From a virus (taxonomy: Duplodnaviria; Caudoviricetes), in the IMG/VR virus record IMGVR_UViG_3300009420_000006, positions 1 to 64,000 of that record: a stretch of 64,000 nt of DNA. One strand, 5' to 3'. Under the pieces are notes generated by a model. That model searched no databases. It saw only the letters and a list, made by a program, of their open reading frames with translations, and was not told the DNA's origin. Each line of letters begins with the position of its first letter. Position 1 is the first letter of the stretch. Below, piece by piece: positions 8,524-18,039 of this stretch. The position numbers and the translations under genes were made by a program.

Positions 8524-8825
8524 AATGTATGTATCTTTTCTATAATGTTATTAATATCTTCTCTACTTTGCCATCCAACAACATCGTCATCTATTTGCAA
8601 AACCTCATTAGTTCCAAAGTCTCCCTCTGGGTTAAAGATTGCAACCTCAAAAGATGTGAAAGCTTCTGGATCTGTAAACTGTTCTCTTGGCTCACAGTAA
8701 GGTCCAATTCCTGCTGAAACTGAGATTTCCCATTCGTTATCGAATACATGATGTGAGTTAATCATGTGAATGTGGTTTTTGAAAATAAGGTCTTTAAACT
8801 TAAATGCTTGAGTCTTGTGGTTCAT
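8520..8825 (-). CDS. hypothetical phage protein
   Basis: 101-aa ORF with FEVAIF...DDVVGW; ATGA-coupled. Confidence 0.7.
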   Translation of the reverse strand: MNHKTQAFKFKDLIFKNHIHMINSHHVFDNEWEISVSAGIGPYCEPREQFTDPEAFTSFEVAIFNPEGDFGTNEVLQIDDDVVGWQSREDINNIIEKIHTL

Positions 8826-8941
8826 AAGTGTAGTTTTAAGTTGTGATTGTCTTTACTTGTGTCTAGCTTAGCTTTATACTTAGCGTACTCTTTATCGTTG
8901 ATACCTTTTAGATGCACCATTCCTACTTTCTTGGGTTTCAT
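8822..8941 (-). CDS. 39-aa basic peptide (not in ORF track)
   Basis: MKPKKVGMVHLKGINDKEYAKYKAKLD...; ATGA overlaps at both ends. Confidence 0.55.
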   Translation of the reverse strand: MKPKKVGMVHLKGINDKEYAKYKAKLDTSKDNHNLKLHL

Positions 8942-9075
8942 AATCTTATCGTATTTATTATTATTAGTATAAAGGAAACTATCAAACCTATATAGGAGAT
9001 AGTTGTAATAATCATAGTAGATTCATACTGTGCTTCTGATCTACCTTGTCGGTATTTATAATCTTCTTTTGTCAT
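8938..9075 (-). CDS. 45-aa membrane peptide (not in ORF track)
   Basis: MTKEDYKYRQGRSEAQYES followed by hydrophobic IITTISYIGLIVSFILIII; ATGA overlap. Confidence 0.6.
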   Translation of the reverse strand: MTKEDYKYRQGRSEAQYESTMIITTISYIGLIVSFILIIINTIRL

Positions 9076-9273
9076 GTTAATGCTATATATTTATTATAGG
9101 TGTGTTATATATTAGAGTGGGAAATAGTGGTGAAAAGTGGGTACTGTGTACACTACTTCTTTCGTATTCACATAAAATACATCAGAAGTACACAAATAGT
9201 AGTAGTATCCGTACTATATAGGTGTTATGTCTTATAATAAAGCCCAACCCTGATACTTTCCCACCCTATATAT

Positions 9274-9304
9274 AAAGAAACTAAGAGTGCAATTGCTCGC
9301 ACTC
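9274..9304 (-). terminator. probable intrinsic terminator after the 9325-9771 gene
   Basis: GAGTGC-N8-GCACTC stem (9285-9304) followed on the minus strand by TTAGTTTCTTT. Confidence 0.5.
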
Positions 9305-9324
9305 CCAGTACTTTCTAGTTGCTA

Positions 9325-9771
9325 TTAGAATGCAACCAGTTCACTTGCGTCAAACACAGGTGCAACGTAAGCTTCCACTTTGTCATTGTCAAATGTTAAT
9401 AATGCATTATCATCAGAAGGCATTTCGATTGAAGCGTAAGCCTCGAACAATTCAGCACCTGTTTCAGGGTCATGCATTTGGTCGCCATTATTATCACGTT
9501 GAAATGCTTGAGCTTCGTAAATGCTAAAGCCTAGTAGGTTAGGAATGCTAATGCTCTTCTCTCGAATGCCTGCACTTACTTTCTTGGAACAAGTAACAGT
9601 AAGCTGTGTTCCATCAGCCTTGCTAAGGATGCAAAATACCCTACGAGTACTGTTAAGGTTGCTCTTAACCAAGTTAAGTTTACCGCCTTTACCAATCAGT
9701 TTTGCAACTACTGCAAGTTCTTTTCTTTCCAATGAGGCTTTCTCCCCAAATTTTAATAAATCTTTATTCAT
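9325..9771 (-). CDS. hypothetical protein, first gene of the left arm
   Basis: 148-aa ORF isolated between two non-coding structured regions. Confidence 0.75.
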   Translation of the reverse strand: MNKDLLKFGEKASLERKELAVVAKLIGKGGKLNLVKSNLNSTRRVFCILSKADGTQLTVTCSKKVSAGIREKSISIPNLLGFSIYEAQAFQRDNNGDQMHDPETGAELFEAYASIEMPSDDNALLTFDNDKVEAYVAPVFDASELVAF

Positions 9772-9913
9772 CTCTAAATGTTTTAGGTTGCATGTCTTCT
9801 GCTAAGGGGGATACCCCCACCATGCTTTTTTTAATTGGGGTTTCAATTGGAAGGGGTCTCCTATCGCATACACACGAGGGGTGGGGTGGTTTAGAAAAAA
9901 GTTTTATATAAAA

Positions 9914-9946
9914 TTTGGAACTTTGGGGTAGAATGTTATACCTTTG
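9914..9946 (+). promoter_or_regulatory. Bacteroidota-type promoter
   Basis: TTTG (9914-9917), 21-nt gap, TACCTTTG (9939-9946). Confidence 0.55.
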
Positions 9947-10052
9947 GAGGGTGGGTGGGTTATTAATAATAAGAAATATGCTTAGCGATGTTCCTAAAGA
10001 CAGGTTAAAGTATGAATGATTAAACATAATATAGCTTTTATAGCAAGATAAT

Positions 10053-10085
10053 TTTGATATGTTAATTATATTTTATATATATTTG
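10053..10085 (+). promoter_or_regulatory. Bacteroidota-type promoter for the structural arm
   Basis: TTTG (10053-10056), 21-nt gap, TATATTTG (10078-10085), 30 nt before ATG 10116. Confidence 0.75.
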
Positions 10086-10115
10086 CATATAGTATAAAGC
10101 CAACATAACTAAATA

Positions 10116-10544
10116 ATGGAAACAAGGAAACAAAAGATAGTACAAAAGCTAGGTAAAGAGTATGATGACAAGTATGAACTTGCACAGAAGTACTATGCTG
10201 TACTATCTGCTTTAAATAACTTAAAGCTTACAGAAAGAGAAATACAACTTATAGCCTATACAGCTATCAAGGGTACGATCACCTATGCAAATGCAAGGAA
10301 TGAGTTCTGTGCTAAGTACAACACTACTACAGCTACTATCAATAACATTGTAAGTAAGCTTAAGAAAGTGGGTATATTTATTAAAGAAGATAGTAAGGTG
10401 AAGGTTAATCCTGTAATAGTTTTAAACTTCGATAAGCATATTAATCTGTTTATACAACTAAAACATGAAGAAGATCGACAAGACAGTAACATCACTCAGG
10501 CAGCATATAGTAAAGAAGATGTCAGTGAAGATGGTAGTAAGTGA
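10116..10544 (+). CDS. putative winged-helix DNA-binding protein
   Basis: LTEREIQLI...TTTATINNIVSKLKKVGIFIK pattern. Confidence 0.6.
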   Translation: METRKQKIVQKLGKEYDDKYELAQKYYAVLSALNNLKLTEREIQLIAYTAIKGTITYANARNEFCAKYNTTTATINNIVSKLKKVGIFIKEDSKVKVNPVIVLNFDKHINLFIQLKHEEDRQDSNITQAAYSKEDVSEDGSK

Positions 10545-10812
10545 GAGAGTTATTGAGAGAGTGATCACACATCAGTTTAATGCTGCAGAAGATGCCACTA
10601 AAACAAAAAACAGCTTGGAGATTTCTGGGTTTGGAAAATTTGTTTTTAATACATCTAAGGCGAATAAAAAAATCGTAAAGCTTATTAAAGTAAAGAAGGT
10701 ATACGAACAGCAGCTAGCCGAGAATACATTGCCAACAAAGAAATTAGATGTAATCAAGAGCAAGTTGAGCAATCTTAATCTTACATTGAACTCAATCGCA
10801 CCTAAAGTCTAA
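10465..10812 (+). CDS. HU/IHF-like protein
   Basis: SLEISGFGKFVF motif after a helical N-terminus; overlaps the upstream gene by 80 nt. Confidence 0.6.
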   Translation: MKKIDKTVTSLRQHIVKKMSVKMVVSERVIERVITHQFNAAEDATKTKNSLEISGFGKFVFNTSKANKKIVKLIKVKKVYEQQLAENTLPTKKLDVIKSKLSNLNLTLNSIAPKV

Positions 10813-10815
10813 GCC

Positions 10816-11118
10816 ATGTACAAAAATCTAAAAATAAACGTAGGTCAGATATACGAAGGATGGAAGAATAAGCTACTCCCTGATGCAGATATGAAGGAGC
10901 AGATAGATTTAGTCAGTGCTGAAAGGATAGCCATCTGTGAAGGATGTGCCAATCATTCTAATAACCACTCATCGAAAAGACCAGATGCACATTGTGTTAG
11001 TTGTGGATGCACTTTGTCAGCTAAAACAAAATGCCTATCTTGCAAATGTCCTATAGATAAATGGAGTGCAGTGTTAAATGATGAGCAACAAGATATAATT
11101 GAAGATAGAAAGTTATGA
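10816..11118 (+). CDS. Cys-rich Zn-binding protein
   Basis: RIAICEGC...CVSCGCTLSAKTKCLSCKCPIDKW. Confidence 0.7.
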   Translation: MYKNLKINVGQIYEGWKNKLLPDADMKEQIDLVSAERIAICEGCANHSNNHSSKRPDAHCVSCGCTLSAKTKCLSCKCPIDKWSAVLNDEQQDIIEDRKL

Positions 11119-11390
11119 TAAAGTTAACTAAGGTGCCACTATCAAGTATGATAGACATGTTGAAAAAGATTTATGATGAAGGAGCAGATTTTGTAGATAT
11201 CGAAGCCCATCCAACAGATGGGGAACAAGACACGATTAAGATTAATGTCAGACCGGAGTATTATGTAGATTCAGAAACACAAGAAGCTGATACTTTTGAT
11301 ACAGATCCAGAATATGTGGTTACCGAACAAGATTTCGAGGAAGAGTTTCCTCCTATATCTGATGAGGACATAAATGACTTAATAAAGTAA
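11115..11390 (+). CDS. acidic hypothetical protein
   Basis: 91-aa ORF, ATGA-coupled. Confidence 0.7.
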   Translation: MIKLTKVPLSSMIDMLKKIYDEGADFVDIEAHPTDGEQDTIKINVRPEYYVDSETQEADTFDTDPEYVVTEQDFEEEFPPISDEDINDLIK

Positions 11391-11394
11391 ACCA

Positions 11395-11643
11395 ATGTAC
11401 GTAAAAAAGATAATTAAGATTATAGATCTTCTAAAAAAGCAACATCCTACAGTAAATATAGGAAAGCATATTGCAACAGCTTTAGATGGTGAAGATGTAT
11501 GGTCTATAACAGATAAAAAGTTTTATAACTTAATAAACGATTACCAAGCTCAACTAGATCTCGTAGAGATTACAGATTCTAACTTTGATGTAGATAAGAT
11601 AATACAAGATGGCTTATCGATAGGTAATAACATAATAGATTAA
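11395..11643 (+). CDS. hypothetical protein
   Basis: 82-aa ORF in the operon. Confidence 0.7.
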   Translation: MYVKKIIKIIDLLKKQHPTVNIGKHIATALDGEDVWSITDKKFYNLINDYQAQLDLVEITDSNFDVDKIIQDGLSIGNNIID

Positions 11644-11647
11644 CTGG

Positions 11648-11977
11648 ATGCCAGTAAAAAAAACTACATTTATAAATGCAGAGCTAGATTGGGCTGAAGG
11701 ACAACTAGTCCAATGGAAAGCTTATGTTGATGCAAACCCTCTACCTAGTCTTAAAGATAGAATAGAGTGGAAACAAACTGCTAATGGTGGGTCTATACCT
11801 ATGGTCATAGCCTCTATTGAAGCACAAGGTAAGTTTATACAAGACACCATGAAGAACTACTTATCCTTACTTGGTCAAGTAGATGGACTACGTGAAAGAG
11901 AAGTAAAAAAAGTAGAAACAAGAGGTGGTGTAGCCTTAGGCAGTATGGCTGAAGACTTTCTAAAACAAAGAGATTAG
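11648..11977 (+). CDS. hypothetical protein, candidate terminase small subunit
   Basis: Helical 109-aa ORF directly upstream of TerL; the function is inferred from position only. Confidence 0.45.
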   Translation: MPVKKTTFINAELDWAEGQLVQWKAYVDANPLPSLKDRIEWKQTANGGSIPMVIASIEAQGKFIQDTMKNYLSLLGQVDGLREREVKKVETRGGVALGSMAEDFLKQRD

Positions 11978-11979
11978 GT

Positions 11980-14001
11980 ATGAAGCTTCACAATATTACT
12001 CATAGTGAATGGTTTATTAACCAAAAGCGTATACCACCAAAAGATTCAGTAGATCACAAAGCATTTTTTGATTTCCAAAAGGAACTATGTATGAACGGAT
12101 GCATGATGGATGGTGTATACATAAATCCATTTTTGTATTGGCACTTAAATGTATGGCATACAGAAGTAGATACTATAGATGAGTATGGTAGGATAAATCA
12201 AAAGTATGCAAAACCTCTACTAAGAGATAATGAGTGGTTAGTAACTAATGAGATAGACAGAGCACATAAAGAAAAGAAAGGACTAGTTATACTAGGAATT
12301 AGACGTTTTGCAAAATCTGTTATAGAAGCTAGTTACATTGGTCACGGTGCAACCTTTGATGAAAACTCACAGAACATTATAGCAGGTTTGAACGCACCTG
12401 ATATAAAACTTATTACAGATAAAATAGACAAAGGTCTAAACTTTCTTCCTAAAGAATGGAGATGGCAAAGAGTAGAAGACAATTGGAAAAACCAAGTCAC
12501 CTTAGGTATAAAAACTAAAGGTGGAACAAGAATACCATTCTCACAAATCCTTATTCGTAACTTAGATGGAGGTAACAATGAAGAAGCTATTGCAGGTACA
12601 AAACCTAGAAGGTTAATTATTGATGAGATAGGTAAAGGTAATTTCCTACGTGGACTGCAAGCTGCAATACCAGGATTTACAACACCATTTGGTTGGGGTT
12701 GTTCTCCTATACTCACCGGTACAGGTGGAGACATGAAAATGTTCATGGATGCAAAAAGTTTAATGTTTGATGTAGATAACTTTAACTTTCTAACATATAA
12801 CAATGCAAAGGATACAAAAAGAATCCACGGATTATTCATTTCTCATAAGTATAGAATGGAAGCAAAAGAAGACTCCACGTTGGGTTCTTTTTTGGACAAG
12901 AAAAAAACATCCTCTCTTCACGAGATACCTATGTTAGTTTCGAATGAAGAGAAAGCTACCAAAATTACAAATGAAATATTAGAAAGATTAAAGAAGGCTG
13001 GTGACAGAGTTGCCTTCTTAAAAGAAAAGATGTACTATCCTCAAGAGGTGGATGATATATTTTTAAATGAAGATACAAATATCTTTGATATAGAAGCTGC
13101 AAAGAGACAGAAGTATAGAATCAATGAACAAGAAAAAACAGGAGTTCCTGTAATTTTATATGATGATGGAGAAGGTGTAAAACATGACTTTACAGACAAG
13201 TTACCTATTACTAACTTTCCATTAAAGCAAACAGATCTAAAAGATGCACCTGTTGTTATATATGAATTTCCTATAGAAAATCCTCCATATGGCCTGTATG
13301 TTGCAGGAATTGATCCATATAGACAAGGTAAATCAGCATATAGTACATCATTAGGTTCTATATACATATATAAACGTATGCATGCTATAGCTGGTGAGAA
13401 GTATCAAGATATGTTTGTTGCAAGTTATTGTGCACGTCCTGAGAAGAAAGAAACATGGGATGAACAAGCTAGGTTACTAATTAAGTATTATAATGCTAGA
13501 GCATTGTGTGAAAACGATGAGATATCATTTATTGATTATATGATTAGTAAAGGAGATGCACACTATTTAGAAAGACAACCAGAATGGTTAAAAGAAATAG
13601 TACCAAACACTACGGTTAGACGTGACTATGGTATACATAGGTCTTCATCAAAAGTAAGAGACTTTCTACATGGATGTCTTAAGAAATATACTGAAGATGT
13701 TATACATACTGAACTTGATGATGAAGGAGAAGTGATATCATCAGTTAAAGGTATGGCTAAAATATTAGATCCTGTATTACTAGAAGAGATGATCCAGTAT
13801 AATGAGACTGGTAACTTTGATAGAATTATTGCAGCTGAGTTAGCAATAGGACTAGCAATGAAGTTAGATCCGATAATGGGTAGAGTAGGAGATAAAGAAG
13901 ATGCGAGACTAACGTCCCTCTTCAAAACAAATAAGAAAAACATTCTTTTTACAGAGTCAAGAAACCTCTTTGGAAGGAAGAAAAATAAACTTTTTTCATA
14001 A
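11980..14001 (+). CDS. terL: terminase large subunit
   Basis: Walker A-like GIRRFAKS, Walker B LIIDEIG, TGTGG coupling motif, nuclease motifs YVAGIDPY and GNFDRIIA; upstream of the portal. Confidence 0.93.
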   Translation: MKLHNITHSEWFINQKRIPPKDSVDHKAFFDFQKELCMNGCMMDGVYINPFLYWHLNVWHTEVDTIDEYGRINQKYAKPLLRDNEWLVTNEIDRAHKEKKGLVILGIRRFAKSVIEASYIGHGATFDENSQNIIAGLNAPDIKLITDKIDKGLNFLPKEWRWQRVEDNWKNQVTLGIKTKGGTRIPFSQILIRNLDGGNNEEAIAGTKPRRLIIDEIGKGNFLRGLQAAIPGFTTPFGWGCSPILTGTGGDMKMFMDAKSLMFDVDNFNFLTYNNAKDTKRIHGLFISHKYRMEAKEDSTLGSFLDKKKTSSLHEIPMLVSNEEKATKITNEILERLKKAGDRVAFLKEKMYYPQEVDDIFLNEDTNIFDIEAAKRQKYRINEQEKTGVPVILYDDGEGVKHDFTDKLPITNFPLKQTDLKDAPVVIYEFPIENPPYGLYVAGIDPYRQGKSAYSTSLGSIYIYKRMHAIAGEKYQDMFVASYCARPEKKETWDEQARLLIKYYNARALCENDEISFIDYMISKGDAHYLERQPEWLKEIVPNTTVRRDYGIHRSSSKVRDFLHGCLKKYTEDVIHTELDDEGEVISSVKGMAKILDPVLLEEMIQYNETGNFDRIIAAELAIGLAMKLDPIMGRVGDKEDARLTSLFKTNKKNILFTESRNLFGRKKNKLFS

Positions 14002-16577
14002 TGGCAATTATAAGATACACAAATGATTCATCTATTAAGTATGCGTACTTAAACATCTTTCCAGATCAGTTTAAAACTACAAAGCAAAAGAAAGATGATA
14101 GTTGGGTTAAAAATACTATGGATTACTTTGCAAATCAATCATATGCAATGTATGTAAGGAACAGAGAAACGTTTGCAAAAAACTATGATCTAATGAAAGG
14201 GATTCTTCGTAGAGAAGACTTTTATCAAGAACCTGAAGTTAGAAGTTTTACTGATCAACTAGTAAGTGATATAGATCTTCCTGCATATGTAAAAATGTAT
14301 TCTATTATAACAACTCCTGTGAATGAATTAGTAGGAGAGATATCTAAACGACCAGACTCTTTTAGAGTAAAAGCATTTGATGATGAAAGTCAAGCACAAG
14401 AATTACAATTCAAAACAGACACACTTCAGAAATATGTAATATCAAAAGTTAAAGAACAGGTAGTAGCAAAAGTTGCTATGACTGGACAAGATATAAGTGA
14501 AGAGGATATAGATAAACTAACATTTGAACAAGTTAAAGATCAATTAGATAGCTATACTTCAGTAGCAGAGAAATGGGCTAACCATGTCCTCACTGCACAG
14601 AAAGCAGATTTTAATATTAAAGAAAAGTCAGAAGAAGCATTTAGAGATCTTCTTATAACTGCTAGAGAGTTTTATCATATATATGAAGACAACTCTAAAC
14701 TAGGTTATAACATTGAAGTTACAAATCCTAAAAATACATGGTTCTTAACTACACCAGATAAAAAATATACATCAGATCCTACAGGAAGAAAACAAGGAGC
14801 TTATGCTGCAGGCACAGTACAGGTGATGGAGTTATCAGAAATAATTGAAGCAGTTCCTGAATTAACTAAAGCTGAGATTGATCATTTAAGAACATCTTTA
14901 CAAGACTATGGATTAATCAATGCAAGAGAATCTAATTTAACTAATGGTGTTACACCTGGTATTGATTCTATTACATATGATACATATGATCCTTTAGTAT
15001 TACAGACTCGTATGATGATTGAGTCTGAAATGAAAGAGAATGACGATGGTTTAAGAGACTTTCTAGGATTAGCTAGTAATGTAAATGCATTTGGATATAA
15101 GTATGTTGTAATACGTTCTTATTGGGTTTCTAAAAAGAAGATAGGTAAATTAATATACATGGATGATCTAGGTAATGAGCAATCAGTACTAGTAGATGAG
15201 AACTATAAAAGTGGAATGATGCCTACAGAACAATCACTAGAGTGGGGTTGGATCAATCAATGGTATCAAGGAATTAAAATAGGTCCGGACATCTATCATG
15301 TTAAACCTTATAAATTATTAGATTACTGTCCAATTATTGGTACAGTGTATGAGCAAAAGAATACCGAAGCAAAATCGTTAGTAGATTTAATGAAGCCTTT
15401 CCAGGTTATATATAATGTTTGTATGAATCAATTATATAAACTACTAGAGAAAGAAGTTGGTAAGGTTCAACTAATGTCACTAAGACATATCCCTGTTCCA
15501 AAAGATGGAGATGCACAAGATGCTCTTGATGTATGGGAAATGGAAGCTCGTAATAGAGGTGTTGTATTTGTAGATGATAGTCCAGAGAACTTAAAAGCTC
15601 CAAGTTCATTTAATCAATTTACTGCATTAGATCTTACACGTACACAAGAAATACAATCAAGATATACACTAGCCCAACAAATGAAAATAGAATGTTGGGA
15701 ATTAATAGGAATGTCTAAACAGCGTATGGGTAATGTATCTGCATCAGAAACAGCTACAGGTACAAATACAGCAATGCAACAGAGTTACTCTCAAACAGAG
15801 CCTCTATTTGTTGCACATGAGTATGTAATGGGTCAACTATACCAAGCAATTGTAGATGCTGCACTATATACAGAAAGTTCTAAGCCACAATCTACTCTTT
15901 CATATATAACTAATGAAGGTGAATCTGCATTTGTACAAGTTAATGGTACTGATTTATCATTACGTGATATTCAAGTATTCTTAACTAACAGACCAGAAGA
16001 CACTCAAATGTTTAATGAGCTTAGACAATTATCTCAAGCTGTTATTCAAAATGGTGGTACACTTTATGATATTATTGAATTATATAGTACTAAGTCTATG
16101 AGAGAGATGAAAAAGACTTTCAAGGATCTTAAAGATAGACAAGAACAGCAACAGCAACAGCAGATGGAGCTTCAACAGCAACAACAGCAAGCTCAACAGC
16201 AACAAGCTCAAGCAGCATTAGAGCAAGCTAAGCAGATGGCAATGGAAGAACAGGTTAATGAAGATAGACAAAATGAACTAGATAGAGTTAATAAGAAAGA
16301 AGTTGCTCTTATTAATGCTATGGCTAAAGGTCCAGAAATAGTTGGAGCAGATTTAGACAATTCAGGATCACCTGATATAGTAGAGCTATCTAAATTAGAA
16401 GCTGAAACTAATAAAGCTAATAGAGATTACCAAGGTAAAATGGCAGAGATCCAAAGTAGAAATTCAATGGCTCAACAAAAACTACAATTAGAAAGAGATA
16501 AAATAAAATTAGCTCGTGAGAACCAAGCTAATGATCTAGCTGTAGCAAAACAAAATGCAAAAGGACGAAATAAATAA
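14001..16577 (+). CDS. portal protein (crAss-like)
   Basis: 858 aa directly after TerL; SLVDLMKPFQVIYN and QRMGNVSASETATG segments; Gln-rich coiled-coil C-terminus. Confidence 0.88.
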   Translation: MAIIRYTNDSSIKYAYLNIFPDQFKTTKQKKDDSWVKNTMDYFANQSYAMYVRNRETFAKNYDLMKGILRREDFYQEPEVRSFTDQLVSDIDLPAYVKMYSIITTPVNELVGEISKRPDSFRVKAFDDESQAQELQFKTDTLQKYVISKVKEQVVAKVAMTGQDISEEDIDKLTFEQVKDQLDSYTSVAEKWANHVLTAQKADFNIKEKSEEAFRDLLITAREFYHIYEDNSKLGYNIEVTNPKNTWFLTTPDKKYTSDPTGRKQGAYAAGTVQVMELSEIIEAVPELTKAEIDHLRTSLQDYGLINARESNLTNGVTPGIDSITYDTYDPLVLQTRMMIESEMKENDDGLRDFLGLASNVNAFGYKYVVIRSYWVSKKKIGKLIYMDDLGNEQSVLVDENYKSGMMPTEQSLEWGWINQWYQGIKIGPDIYHVKPYKLLDYCPIIGTVYEQKNTEAKSLVDLMKPFQVIYNVCMNQLYKLLEKEVGKVQLMSLRHIPVPKDGDAQDALDVWEMEARNRGVVFVDDSPENLKAPSSFNQFTALDLTRTQEIQSRYTLAQQMKIECWELIGMSKQRMGNVSASETATGTNTAMQQSYSQTEPLFVAHEYVMGQLYQAIVDAALYTESSKPQSTLSYITNEGESAFVQVNGTDLSLRDIQVFLTNRPEDTQMFNELRQLSQAVIQNGGTLYDIIELYSTKSMREMKKTFKDLKDRQEQQQQQQMELQQQQQQAQQQQAQAALEQAKQMAMEEQVNEDRQNELDRVNKKEVALINAMAKGPEIVGADLDNSGSPDIVELSKLEAETNKANRDYQGKMAEIQSRNSMAQQKLQLERDKIKLARENQANDLAVAKQNAKGRNK
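16140..16226 (+). repeat. CAA/CAG-rich polyglutamine tract in the portal gene
   Basis: Encodes QEQQQQQQMELQQQQQQAQQQQAQAALEQ. Confidence 0.8.
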
Positions 16578-16658
16578 CTAAATAATTATTCTCATTATAA
16601 AGTGAGAATAGTTAATGCTATATTATCTCGAATATTTATAAAAATATATAAATAAAGT

Positions 16659-16689
16659 TTTGTAAATCAATATGACTGAATTAACTTTA
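16659..16689 (+). promoter_or_regulatory. Bacteroidota-type promoter for scaffold/MCP genes
   Basis: TTTG, 19-nt gap, TAACTTTA (variant); preceded by the inverted repeat TATTCTCA-N8-TGAGAATA near 16588-16611. Confidence 0.55.
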
Positions 16690-16735
16690 CAGTCATAGTA
16701 AGTAAAACCAAGATTTTAACAAAAAATAACTACAT

Positions 16736-18010
16736 ATGTCTGATAATTTACAGCCACAAGCTAACTTTGGTATACAAGACACCATGAATATGGGTGCCGG
16801 TGATACACAATTATTGAATGATCTACTAGCTCCAGAAACTGCACAAGCAGATCCTGAGTCTGTAGAACCAATAGTAAAAGAAGTTAAAGATACAATTCCT
16901 GCAAAAACAGCAGCTAAGGGAAAAGAAATTGTTCCTCCTCTTAGTCCAGACGGAAAAACTGATGAAGAAAAACAAACAGGGGAATCCCTAATTGCTGACT
17001 TCCTAAGTGATGATCCGGATGATACTGAAGAAGAATCAATTGAAGAAGCTCCATTAGTTAAAGAACCTGAAGATATTCTTGATCAAGTAGAAACAGAAGA
17101 ATCTGAAGATGCTGCAACTGCAAACTTTGAAGCACTCTCAAACGATCTTTTTGATCTTGGAGTATTTAACAAAGAAGATGAAGAGGAAGTTTCTATATCT
17201 ACCCCTGAAGAATTTCTAGCTCGATTTGAATCTGAAAAGAAAAAAGGAGCACAAAGTTTAGTACAAGATTTCATAGGTCAATTTGGAGAAGATTATCAAC
17301 AAGCCTTTGATTCTATCTTTGTAAAAGGAGTAAACCCAAAAGAATATTTTGGAACATACAACCAGATAGTAAATTTCTCTGAAATGGATCTATCAAAAGA
17401 AGGTAATCAAAAATCAATTATGCAACAAGCATTAGCTGATCAAGGTTTTGAAAAAGAAGACATAGGTAAAGAAATTGAAAGATTACAAAATTACGGAGAT
17501 CTAGAATCTGTATCTACTAGACATCACAAGGTGCTAGTTAAAAAGGAAGCTGCAAAGCTTTCAAAACTAGAAAAACAGTCTCAACAAGAGCTACAAGCAA
17601 AGAGCCAAATTAAGGATCAGTATGTAACTAATGTACAGACAATACTTTCTGATAAAGTAAAAGATAAAGAATTTGATGGTATACCTATCAATTCTAATTT
17701 AGCAAATGAACTACAAGACTTCTTATTAGTAGACAAGTGGAAAACACCTACTGGAGACACCCTGACTGACTTTGATCGTGCTATTTTAGATATGAAAAGA
17801 CCTGAGAATCATGAATTAAAAGTTAAAGTGGGATTACTCCTAAAGATGTTAGAAAAAGATCCAACCTTGGCTTCTATACAAAGAGCAGGTGTGACTAAAA
17901 AATCTAACCAGCTATTTGGAGAAGTTGCTAGACAAGTAACTAAATCAAAAACAGTTGCTTCTCAACAGAAAACAACTAGTAAAAAGAAACCAAATTCATG
18001 GTTCTTATAA
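16736..18010 (+). CDS. acidic scaffold-like protein (crAss gene 77 position)
   Basis: Very acidic N-terminal half and coiled-coil C-terminal half; lies between portal and MCP. Confidence 0.7.
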   Translation: MSDNLQPQANFGIQDTMNMGAGDTQLLNDLLAPETAQADPESVEPIVKEVKDTIPAKTAAKGKEIVPPLSPDGKTDEEKQTGESLIADFLSDDPDDTEEESIEEAPLVKEPEDILDQVETEESEDAATANFEALSNDLFDLGVFNKEDEEEVSISTPEEFLARFESEKKKGAQSLVQDFIGQFGEDYQQAFDSIFVKGVNPKEYFGTYNQIVNFSEMDLSKEGNQKSIMQQALADQGFEKEDIGKEIERLQNYGDLESVSTRHHKVLVKKEAAKLSKLEKQSQQELQAKSQIKDQYVTNVQTILSDKVKDKEFDGIPINSNLANELQDFLLVDKWKTPTGDTLTDFDRAILDMKRPENHELKVKVGLLLKMLEKDPTLASIQRAGVTKKSNQLFGEVARQVTKSKTVASQQKTTSKKKPNSWFL

Positions 18011-18039
18011 TAATTATTAATTAACAAAAAACGAATAAA

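Noticed and set aside
9521-10027. Track ORFs 9521-9805 (+), 9702-9911 (+) and 9764-10027 (-)
   Set aside because: They are antisense to a better gene or cross the G-rich regulatory switch region, and have atypical composition.
12342-13943. Minus-strand ORFs of 105-165 aa within terL, and similar short antisense ORFs elsewhere
   Set aside because: Fully antisense to well-supported genes and lacking recognisable motifs.
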